64,000 bases of DNA from a virus. Its lineage: Duplodnaviria > Caudoviricetes. The translations under genes and the position numbers were made by a program. Below the pieces are notes generated by a model. It saw only the letters and a program-made list of their open reading frames with translations. It was not told the origin of the DNA and did no database searches. The stretch covers positions 38,204 to 102,203 of IMG/VR virus record IMGVR_UViG_3300005611_000008, one strand, 5' to 3'. This document shows positions 52,068 to 60,525 of the stretch, in pieces; the stretch's first letter is position 1, and each line of letters starts with the position of its first letter.

Positions 52068-52499
52068 ATGAAGATTGAAGACATCGTGTCCGAATGGGAC
52101 AAAGATTGCAAAATGGATGAGACAGAACTTGGAGAGGAATCTACCAAGATACCTGTGATTCACAATAAATATCTCAAAATCTTTATGGGTGAAAACGCAC
52201 AACTCAAGCGCATGTTTGCACAGCGTTCTAAACTGAAGAGAACTCTGACCGAATACTACCTTGGTGAGTTAGACCAAGATGAGTTAGAGGATTTGGGTCG
52301 CGATCAGTTCTATAAGAAAATCCTCAAGAACGAAGTAGATACATATATTGAATCGGATGATACTTTTATTGATCTGAATCTCAAGTTAGCACTACAGCAA
52401 GAGAAAGTCAACTACCTTGAGTCAATTCTCAAGAGTATCAACAACCGAGGGTTTCAGATTAAAAATGCAATTGATTGGTTAAGATTTACGAATGGATAG
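52068..52499 (+). CDS. uvsY: Recombination mediator UvsY
   Basis: W.KD..MD, IP.IHNKYL, YY.G, I.NRGFQIKNAIDW.RF..G. Confidence 0.92.
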   Translation: MKIEDIVSEWDKDCKMDETELGEESTKIPVIHNKYLKIFMGENAQLKRMFAQRSKLKRTLTEYYLGELDQDELEDLGRDQFYKKILKNEVDTYIESDDTFIDLNLKLALQQEKVNYLESILKSINNRGFQIKNAIDWLRFTNG

Positions 52500-53949
52500 A
52501 ATCGACATCCTACCCAAGGATGAAGTAAATGTGAAGATTGAATGTGATCGAGGGTTGGCACAAGAACTTTCAGACTACTTTACCTTTGAAGTACCCGGTG
52601 CGAAGTTCATGCCCTCATATAAAAATCGCATGTGGGACGGTAAGATACGATTGTTCAATACTGCGAGTCAGACACTCTACAAGGGTCTCGTTCGTCGTGT
52701 TGAAAAGTTTTGCCAAGATAGGGACTATGAATGTGTCGTACATGGGGGACTCAATCATGTTAACGACATCCCTTTGAATGAGTTGGAAGAATTCCTCAAA
52801 GGTAAATACTCCCCCAGAGATTACCAACTCAGAGCAATTGCTCATGCTTTGCGTGTTCATCGTGCTTTGATCCTTTCACCGACTGCCTCTGGCAAGTCGT
52901 TCATCATCTATTGTATTTTAAAATACTTGCTTACGCAAGGGGAGTGCCAAAGGGCACTCCTTATCGTACCTACTACGTCTTTGGTACATCAGATGAATAC
53001 AGACTTTATAGAGTATTCTGAGAACCAACAGTTCTATTATACACATCTTATTATGGAAGGTCAAGAGAAAAACAACGATGAGGCACAGATTTTTATCAGC
53101 ACATGGCAGTCCATCTATAAGCAACCCAAGAAATGGTTTGACCAGTTCGATGTAGTCATTGGGGATGAGGCACACCAGTTCAAGGCAACCTCGCTCACCA
53201 AGATCATGACAAAGTTGGATGCGTGTAAGTGGCGGTTTGGACTCACAGGAACACTTGACGGGACACAGACAAATAAGTTAGTATTAGAAGGTCTGTTCGG
53301 TCCAGTGATGAAAGTGATCCAGACAAAAGAACTGATCGAGTCTGGTACGCTGTCAGACTTTCGTATCAAGGCATTGGTGCTCAAGTATCCAGAGGGAACT
53401 TGTAAGCAGATGAAGCAGTCTAACTATCAAGACGAGATTCAGTTTCTGATTGCCAACGAGTACCGCAATAAGTTCATCAAGAACCTCGCGCTCACACGCG
53501 AGGGCAATACTTTAGTTCTGTATCAAATGGTTGACAAACACGGTCAAATATTGTACAATAGTATAAATGAGTCGGATAAAGAAGTTTATTTCGTGCATGG
53601 GGGTATCGATGCAAATACACGGGAAGAGATTAGACATAGAGTTGAGCAATCAGACAATGCCATTATTGTGGCATCTTATGGCACTTTCTCCACAGGAATC
53701 AACATTCGTAACCTCCATAATGTCATATTTGCTTCCCCCTCTAAGTCTCGTATTCGCAATCTTCAGTCAATAGGTCGCGCACTAAGAAAAAGTGATAGTA
53801 AAGAATTTGCGACATTATATGATATTTCTGACGATTTGTCATATAAATCTTACACTAATCATACGATTAAGCACTTTGCTGAACGAGTGAAGATTTACAA
53901 CGAAGAAGAATTTGATTACAAAATCTACAACATAAAGGTAGGGGAATGA
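52492..53949 (+). CDS. uvsW: SF2 helicase UvsW
   Basis: PRDYQ, SPTASGKS, GDEAH, GLTGT, TFSTGINI, LQSIGR.LR. Confidence 0.95.
   Translation: MDRIDILPKDEVNVKIECDRGLAQELSDYFTFEVPGAKFMPSYKNRMWDGKIRLFNTASQTLYKGLVRRVEKFCQDRDYECVVHGGLNHVNDIPLNELEEFLKGKYSPRDYQLRAIAHALRVHRALILSPTASGKSFIIYCILKYLLTQGECQRALLIVPTTSLVHQMNTDFIEYSENQQFYYTHLIMEGQEKNNDEAQIFISTWQSIYKQPKKWFDQFDVVIGDEAHQFKATSLTKIMTKLDACKWRFGLTGTLDGTQTNKLVLEGLFGPVMKVIQTKELIESGTLSDFRIKALVLKYPEGTCKQMKQSNYQDEIQFLIANEYRNKFIKNLALTREGNTLVLYQMVDKHGQILYNSINESDKEVYFVHGGIDANTREEIRHRVEQSDNAIIVASYGTFSTGINIRNLHNVIFASPSKSRIRNLQSIGRALRKSDSKEFATLYDISDDLSYKSYTNHTIKHFAERVKIYNEEEFDYKIYNIKVGE
53531..53559 (+). promoter_or_regulatory. Internal sigma70-type promoter inside uvsW
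   Basis: TTGACA-17 nt-TACAAT, about 390 nt upstream of the 53946-gp55-gp47-gp46 run. Confidence 0.65.
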
Positions 53950-54323
53950 ACTCAATCATAAAACTCACGAATGGTGAGACAATCATCGCAGAGATCGTGC
54001 ATCAAGATGAAAGCACGACAAGTATTCTCGAACCTCTTTTACTTGAGATTGGAGAAAGTCAAAATGGAAGACCAATGATGGTCGCAATGACATGGGTTCC
54101 TCTGACGAAGAGTATTAATATGGTTAATCTGAATACAAATCATGTGGTCGCAGTGGCAGAAGTGGACGAGGAAATCAATGCCTATTATGTGAGATCGCTT
54201 GGCGTACTCAAAGGGAATGCTTCAATTGACGAACCAGAAGAAGAATCAGATGTAGAGGTAGACGATTCTTGGATGGAAAAGTTTGGGCAACCTGTAGAAT
54301 TATCAGCAAATACGGTACATTAA
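53946..54323 (+). CDS. Conserved hypothetical protein (Sm-like fold) between uvsW and gp55
   Basis: IIKLTNGETIIAE...W.P motif typical of this position in marine T4-likes. Confidence 0.7.
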   Translation: MNSIIKLTNGETIIAEIVHQDESTTSILEPLLLEIGESQNGRPMMVAMTWVPLTKSINMVNLNTNHVVAVAEVDEEINAYYVRSLGVLKGNASIDEPEEESDVEVDDSWMEKFGQPVELSANTVH

Positions 54324-54324
54324 T

Positions 54325-54891
54325 ATGGCAGAGACTAGAGCAGAGAAAAGAAAAAAACCCTACTATGTGGACAATAAAAAGTTCCTAGAAGCAATGGTGG
54401 AGTTTCGCGAATCAGTACAGAAGGCAAAGGACAACGATGAACCTCGTCCGATTGTGCCGATGTACATCGCAGAGTGTATTATGAAGATTGCGACACACCT
54501 ATCTTACAAACCAAACTTTGTGAACTACTCGTTCCGTGAAGAGATGATCTCAGACGGTATCGAGAACAGTTTGCAATACATCGACAACTTTAATCCAGAG
54601 AAATCGAGCAACCCTTTTGCATACTTTACTCAGATTATCTACTATGCGTTTTTACGAAGAATTCAAAAAGAAAAGAAGCACCTCTACACCAAATACAAGG
54701 CAACCGAAAACGCAAACATTTTTGGTGAAGTCAGTGATCGACAATCACATGACTATGGACAAGACTACAATGATGGTGTAAAATATGGAGAGTGGACAGA
54801 AGAATATATGTCCGACTTTATTCAAAATTTTGAAGAACACAAAAGACGCAAGAAGAAGCGAGTAAAGAGTGAAGATAGCATTAGTAACTGA
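54325..54891 (+). CDS. gp55: Late transcription sigma factor gp55
   Basis: YVDNKKFL, KIATHLSYKPNFVNY, MISDGIEN, NPFAYFTQIIYYAFLRRIQKEKK. Confidence 0.95.
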   Translation: MAETRAEKRKKPYYVDNKKFLEAMVEFRESVQKAKDNDEPRPIVPMYIAECIMKIATHLSYKPNFVNYSFREEMISDGIENSLQYIDNFNPEKSSNPFAYFTQIIYYAFLRRIQKEKKHLYTKYKATENANIFGEVSDRQSHDYGQDYNDGVKYGEWTEEYMSDFIQNFEEHKRRKKKRVKSEDSISN

Positions 54892-55930
54892 TACGCATTG
54901 GGGAGTCAGGAATGATAATCTTAGTTTCCTTGACTATTTTGATAAGTTTTATAGTAATCTTTTCTTCCCTACTTTGGATGAGCGAGGAATCAGCACTGTA
55001 CTTCATTTGGGTGATATTGTTGATCGGAGGAAGTACATTTCTTATGTCACTCTAAGACGACTTAAAGAAGGGTTCATCGAACCGTGTCTGTACCGTAACA
55101 TTGATCTGCATGTCATCGTAGGCAACCACGATGTGCCATACAAGAACACCAACGAGATCAACGCAATGCAAGAGTTGTTTGACAGCACTGGTGTCAAGTA
55201 TTACTCAGAGGTCAAAGAGGTTCTTTTTGATGATGTGGCACACGCGATTGTGCCATGGATCAACAACAGTAACTATGCTGACACAATGGATTTTCTGAAG
55301 ACCACTGAAGCACAAGTTGTGTTCGGTCACTTTGAGATCGCAGGGTGTCTCATGGATCGAGGCAACATGAATGATCACGGTATGAAGATTTCGGACTTCA
55401 AGCGATTTGATCGTGTGATGTCTGGTCACTTTCATCACAAGTCAACCACTGGCAACATTGATTATTTGGGGTGTCCTTATGAACTCACATGGAGCGACTA
55501 CCAAGACCCGAAAGGTTTTCATATTTACGACACAGAGACTAGGGAACTGGAGTTCATACGAAACCCGTACTCGATGTTTAACAAGGTGTTCTATAATGAC
55601 GAAGGGAAAACGATGGACGAGTTGCTTGATCAGGACTTCTCCGCTTACGAAGGCACATATGTCAAAGTCGTCAAGCACTCCAGTGGCAATCCGTATTGGT
55701 TCGATAAGTTCATGGACAAACTCCTCAAAGTCGAACCCATCAGCGTCCAAGTCGTAGAGGATCATCTCAATCTGGACTTAGAAGACGATGATGATTTGGT
55801 GAACGAGGCAGAGGATACCATGACGATTCTGTCTAAGTACATTGATGGAATGCCAGACAATGTGCCAAAGAAAAAACTTGACTCACTCATGAAATCATTG
55901 TATACTGAAGCATTGCACTTTGAAGTTTAA
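54869..55930 (+). CDS. gp47: Recombination endonuclease subunit gp47 (Mre11/SbcD-like)
   Basis: DTHWG, LGD..DRR, GNHD, GHFE, SGHFH metallophosphoesterase motifs. Confidence 0.95.
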   Translation: MKIALVTDTHWGVRNDNLSFLDYFDKFYSNLFFPTLDERGISTVLHLGDIVDRRKYISYVTLRRLKEGFIEPCLYRNIDLHVIVGNHDVPYKNTNEINAMQELFDSTGVKYYSEVKEVLFDDVAHAIVPWINNSNYADTMDFLKTTEAQVVFGHFEIAGCLMDRGNMNDHGMKISDFKRFDRVMSGHFHHKSTTGNIDYLGCPYELTWSDYQDPKGFHIYDTETRELEFIRNPYSMFNKVFYNDEGKTMDELLDQDFSAYEGTYVKVVKHSSGNPYWFDKFMDKLLKVEPISVQVVEDHLNLDLEDDDDLVNEAEDTMTILSKYIDGMPDNVPKKKLDSLMKSLYTEALHFEV

Positions 55931-55933
55931 TCT

Positions 55934-57652
55934 ATGATCAAGTTTAAGAAACTGCGTTGGAAGAACATGCTTTCAACAGGGAATGTCTTCACTGAGATTC
56001 AGATGGATCGTTCCCCATCTACGATTATCACTGGAGAGAATGGAGCAGGTAAGTCTACCATTCTCGATGCGTTGTGCTTTGTACTATTCAACAAACCATT
56101 CCGCAACATCAACAAGAACCAACTGCTCAACAGTATCAATGAGAAGGGTCTCATGACAGAGATCGAGTTCACTATTGGTAATGTGGAGTACATGGTGCGT
56201 AGGGGCATTAAACCTGCTGTGTTTGAGATTTTCAAGAACGGCAACCTCATTGACCAACCGGGATCGATACGAGATTACCAGACTCAGTTTGAAGATACCA
56301 TTCTCAAACTGAATTATAAATCTTTCACCCAAATCGTCGTGTTAGGTAACGCATCATTCACTCCCTTCATGCAACTTACGACAAAGGATCGTCGTGAGGT
56401 GATTGAAGACTTACTGGACATTCAAATCTTCAGTCACATGAACACATTGCTGAAGGATCGGTTAGCAACTAATAAAAGCGAGAAGCAAGAGGTGGAGTAT
56501 CAGATTGAGTTGCTTGGTGAGAAGATCAGTGTACAGAAAGAGTATCTGGAAAAATTGAACGCTGATATCACAAAGCAGAGGCAAGAACTGATAGACGAGA
56601 TCAAAGAGTGGTCTTTGCAGTATCTATCCACAGAAACACAACAGCATGAGCATCATGAAACGATTGGAGAGTTGTCTGCGTCGATTTCTGATTCGGATAA
56701 GGTAAACGCAAAGTCGGCAAAGGTTTCTGAACTGATGATGAAACTGCACGACAAGATTACGAAAGCAGAGAAGAGGATTCGATTCTATGAAAAGAACGAC
56801 AACTGTCCGACATGCGAACAGGTTATCGATGCTGTGGAAAAAGCAAGTCACATTGAAAGAACGCAACAGATTGAGTCGGAAACCAGAGAAGCGATACAGA
56901 AACTGGAAGAACAGCAGACTGCGCTTAACGAGGAACTTTCTAGGATTACCACTACTCAGTCAAAGATTACCGAACACCAAGCATACTGGCGTGATTGCAG
57001 GTCGTCTATGGAGACTTACCAGAGTAACATCGACAGACTCACGAGTAAACTGGAATCTTTATCGAAAGGACATGAAAAGACCGAAGACAGTCCTAGTACG
57101 AAAATACTTGAACTTGAAACGCAACTTGAATCGTATGAGACCAGAAAAGAATCCCTTTCAAAGGACTTTGAGGTACTCAAAATTGCTACAGAGATGCTGA
57201 AAGATGGTGGCATTAAGAAAAAGATTATTCGACAGTATGTCCCAATCATCAACAAGTTAGTCAATAAATACTTGGCATCGTTAGATTTCTTTGTGAACTT
57301 TGAGTTAGATGAGGAGTTCAATGAGGTTATTAAGAGTCGTTATCGTGATGAGTTTTCTTATGCTAGTTTCTCCGAGGGAGAAAAGATGCGTATTGACCTT
57401 GCCTTACTATTTACATGGAGGGCAGTCGCCAAACTCAAGAATAGTACAAACACCAACTTGCTTATCTTGGATGAAGTATTTGACGCATCACTTGATACAA
57501 GTGGGTGCGATGAGTTCCTTAAACTTCTCCAAGAGATTGGCGGTGACACTAATGTATTCGTGATCTCTCACAAGGGCGATGTACTGACTGACAAGTTCCG
57601 CAGTCAGATTCGATTTGAAAAAGTGAAAAACTTCAGCAGGATGGCATTATGA
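55934..57652 (+). CDS. gp46: Recombination ATPase subunit gp46 (Rad50/SbcC-like)
   Basis: GENGAGKST, CPTC zinc hook, FSEGEK signature, LILDEVFD, ISH. Confidence 0.95.
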   Translation: MIKFKKLRWKNMLSTGNVFTEIQMDRSPSTIITGENGAGKSTILDALCFVLFNKPFRNINKNQLLNSINEKGLMTEIEFTIGNVEYMVRRGIKPAVFEIFKNGNLIDQPGSIRDYQTQFEDTILKLNYKSFTQIVVLGNASFTPFMQLTTKDRREVIEDLLDIQIFSHMNTLLKDRLATNKSEKQEVEYQIELLGEKISVQKEYLEKLNADITKQRQELIDEIKEWSLQYLSTETQQHEHHETIGELSASISDSDKVNAKSAKVSELMMKLHDKITKAEKRIRFYEKNDNCPTCEQVIDAVEKASHIERTQQIESETREAIQKLEEQQTALNEELSRITTTQSKITEHQAYWRDCRSSMETYQSNIDRLTSKLESLSKGHEKTEDSPSTKILELETQLESYETRKESLSKDFEVLKIATEMLKDGGIKKKIIRQYVPIINKLVNKYLASLDFFVNFELDEEFNEVIKSRYRDEFSYASFSEGEKMRIDLALLFTWRAVAKLKNSTNTNLLILDEVFDASLDTSGCDEFLKLLQEIGGDTNVFVISHKGDVLTDKFRSQIRFEKVKNFSRMAL

Positions 57653-58170
57653 TTCTAAAACTCGTTCCCCCCTCACACCCATGCCTCAGAAAGAAAACTG
57701 AGCGATGGGACTTTGACAATCCCCCATTTGATTTAGAAGAGTTTGTTGAGAATCTCTGTGCTACTATGGTAGCAAAGCGCGGTGTTGGACTATCAGCAAA
57801 CCAAGTTGGTGTACCATACCAAGTGTTCGTTATTGGACATCCAGATACTCCAGAAGAAATCATCTGTGTTGTCAATCCAAAAATTGTAGATCATAGTAAA
57901 AATATCTTGTTGGGTGAAGAAGGATGCTTGACATGGGAAGGATTATTTGGTAAAGTAAAGAGATATGATAAAATTCGTGTTAGATTTGCTAACCCGAAAG
58001 GTGTTGTTGAAACTGCAGAAGTTACAGGATTTACCGCACGTGCATTTCAACATGAGTATGATCATTTACAAGGTGTAACCTACTTGGATCGGATGTCTAG
58101 GTATCATTTAGACCAAGCAAGGCGACAGCAGAAAAAGTTGATAAAACTGAGAAAGAGGAATGCGGCATGA
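57649..58170 (+). CDS. def: Peptide deformylase
   Basis: GVGLSANQ, EGCLT, QHEYDHLQG. Confidence 0.92.
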   Translation: MILKLVPPSHPCLRKKTERWDFDNPPFDLEEFVENLCATMVAKRGVGLSANQVGVPYQVFVIGHPDTPEEIICVVNPKIVDHSKNILLGEEGCLTWEGLFGKVKRYDKIRVRFANPKGVVETAEVTGFTARAFQHEYDHLQGVTYLDRMSRYHLDQARRQQKKLIKLRKRNAA

Positions 58171-58457
58171 GCATAACCGTACAGCGTATTGAGTATCACC
58201 AAGTTCATTCTTACATGACTTATGTGATTGAAGAGCAAGACATTATCGAGGAGTTCGGTTCATTAGAACGATTCCAAGACATCGGATTCGCGATGGATAA
58301 TGACATGTATGAACCAGATGAACCGATTGAACCAGAAGAGTTCGACAAGTTCTATGACTTTATCGCAGAGCACGACTATGATCGTGAAGACGATTGGTTT
58401 ACTGATCGCAAAGGCGGTTATGATGTTGAGTATCGATTCCCAGAGGTAGATGAATAA
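58167..58457 (+). CDS. Hypothetical acidic protein
   Basis: Coupled at both ends; D.FTDRKGGYDV motif. Confidence 0.7.
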   Translation: MSITVQRIEYHQVHSYMTYVIEEQDIIEEFGSLERFQDIGFAMDNDMYEPDEPIEPEEFDKFYDFIAEHDYDREDDWFTDRKGGYDVEYRFPEVDE

Positions 58458-59248
58458 TGGCAAAGACAATCTTAGTATTCGGATTGCCGGGGAGTGGTAA
58501 ATCCACTCTCGCCAACAAACTGTCTAAGAAGTTGGACGCAGATCACTACAACGCAGATCAAGTGCGTGAGATGTTCAACGATTGGGACTTCTCAGAGATG
58601 GGTCGTCGTCGCCAAGCAGAGCGCATGAAGCAACTTGGAAAGGACTCTAAGAAGCAGTGGGCAATCCTTGACTTTGTTTGTCCTACACAAGCACTGCGTG
58701 ACATCGTGGATGCGGATGTGGTTGTGTTTATGGATACCATCGAAGAAGGGCGTTACGAAGACACCAATGCTTTGTTTGAGTATCCAATGAACGAGATGGG
58801 TGCTTTCGATGGCATCGACTTTCGGTTTGAAGCAATGGAGTCAGACGCACAGTCACAGTTGATCTCTGAGCATCTACAACCATTCAGTTGGAGAAAGGAA
58901 ACGACTCAGATGCTTGGACGGTGGCAACCATTCCACGATGGACACTTGGCACTGTTTGAACGCGCATTAGCAAAGACAGGGCAAGTCGCAATCCAAGTAC
59001 GAGATTGTCAAGGTTGGAACGATTCTAACCCATTTGACTTTGAGTTCGTCAAAGAAAAAATCATTGAAAAGTTGAGCGAACACGGGTATACTTATAACAA
59101 TGAGTACACAATCATGCTCGTACCGAATGTCGTCAACATTACCTATGGACGCGATGTAGGGTACAAGATCGAGCAAGAAGTATTCACTGATGAGATTCAT
59201 GACATCTCTGCCACAAAGATTCGTAAGGAAATGGGATACGATAAGTGA
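58457..59248 (+). CDS. Fusion of an adenylylsulfate-kinase-like P-loop domain and an HxGH nucleotidyltransferase domain
   Basis: GLPGSGKST, NAD.VR, DFVCPT; then GRWQPFHDGH and ISATKIR. Confidence 0.8.
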   Translation: MAKTILVFGLPGSGKSTLANKLSKKLDADHYNADQVREMFNDWDFSEMGRRRQAERMKQLGKDSKKQWAILDFVCPTQALRDIVDADVVVFMDTIEEGRYEDTNALFEYPMNEMGAFDGIDFRFEAMESDAQSQLISEHLQPFSWRKETTQMLGRWQPFHDGHLALFERALAKTGQVAIQVRDCQGWNDSNPFDFEFVKEKIIEKLSEHGYTYNNEYTIMLVPNVVNITYGRDVGYKIEQEVFTDEIHDISATKIRKEMGYDK

Positions 59249-60417
59249 ATAAAGTTCGTTATGAGGTTCTGGTTGGGGACAATCGTGAGACGATCAAGTC
59301 TCTCCCCGATCAGAGTGTGAACACGGTGGTGACATCACCGCCATACTTTGGATTACGAGACTACGGTACTGCCACTTGGGAAGGTGGTAGTGCTGATTGT
59401 AATCACATGCGAGACTCCAAGGTTGGTGACTCAACATCAACTGGTCACAAAGGAATGGACGATAAAGGGCATGCTGTTGGTGATGCTATCTACAAGGATG
59501 TGTGTAAAAAGTGTGGTGCAGTTCGTAAAGACTCTCAGATCGGATTAGAAGAGACACCAGAAGAGTTCGTTCAGACATTAGTTGAGTTATTCCGCGAGAT
59601 TCGTCGTGTATTGCGTGACGATGGCACAGTCTGGTTGAACCTTGGTGATTCGTATGCAGGTTCTGGTAAAGGACGCAATAGTGACGGTTCTCCAAATGTA
59701 GATGAGAACTCTAAGCAAGCAACAAGTAAGGGAACAACTGAGGGTGCTCTTCAGAAGATGAAGATGGGGGGTGATCTCAAAGCAAAAGACTTGATTGGCA
59801 TTCCTTGGATGGTAGCATTCGCACTACGAGCAGACGGTTGGTATCTACGCCAAGACATTATCTGGAACAAACCAAATCCGATGCCAGAGTCAGTCAAAGA
59901 TCGTTGTACGAAAGCACATGAGTATATCTTTCTACTATCTAAAAGCAAAAAATATTACTTTGATTACGAAGCAATCCGTGAACCTGCCGCTTATGATGGA
60001 CGAAAAGACGAGCAGTTGAAGGGTAGTCCCAAGTACGCCAATGCTGACATTATGCCAAATGGCAACCCTAATAGTTTGGCGGCATCAGGACATGCCCGTT
60101 GGACTAAGGACGAGGAGGGCAATCGAGTTCGCAATAAGCGTAGTGTATGGACTATTCCTCCAAAACCATTCAAAGGTGCTCACTTTGCCACATTCCCATC
60201 AGAACTGATTGAACCCTGTATTCTCGCAGGTTGTCCAGAAGGTGGGACAGTGCTTGATCCATTTGGTGGTTCTGGTACAACAGCAGGTGTTGCGTATCTA
60301 CATGATCGCAACTCGATTATGTGCGAACTCAATCCAGAGTATGTTGAGATGGTTGAGAGACGCATCGAAGGTATCATTGAGGGCAAGAGAACTTTGGGTG
60401 CTACCCTGCCCTTATAA
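59245..60417 (+). CDS. DNA N4-cytosine/N6-adenine methyltransferase (beta class)
   Basis: TSPPY motif IV precedes DPFGGSGTT motif I; HFATFP. Confidence 0.9.
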   Translation: MNKVRYEVLVGDNRETIKSLPDQSVNTVVTSPPYFGLRDYGTATWEGGSADCNHMRDSKVGDSTSTGHKGMDDKGHAVGDAIYKDVCKKCGAVRKDSQIGLEETPEEFVQTLVELFREIRRVLRDDGTVWLNLGDSYAGSGKGRNSDGSPNVDENSKQATSKGTTEGALQKMKMGGDLKAKDLIGIPWMVAFALRADGWYLRQDIIWNKPNPMPESVKDRCTKAHEYIFLLSKSKKYYFDYEAIREPAAYDGRKDEQLKGSPKYANADIMPNGNPNSLAASGHARWTKDEEGNRVRNKRSVWTIPPKPFKGAHFATFPSELIEPCILAGCPEGGTVLDPFGGSGTTAGVAYLHDRNSIMCELNPEYVEMVERRIEGIIEGKRTLGATLPL

Positions 60418-60499
60418 CTTTTAGTTCTATGCTTATAACAAAATAATCTTAACTTTTTTGCATTTAGGTGTTGACCTACTCCAAAGAATCGATTAAACT
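60411..60499 (+). promoter_or_regulatory. Sigma70-type early promoter with upstream repeated CTTATAAC boxes
   Basis: TTGACC(60471)-17 nt-TAAACT(60494); CTTATAAC at 60411 and 60432. Confidence 0.7.
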
Positions 60500-60525
60500 G
60501 GTTCTGTAAATGAGAGGTAACACAT

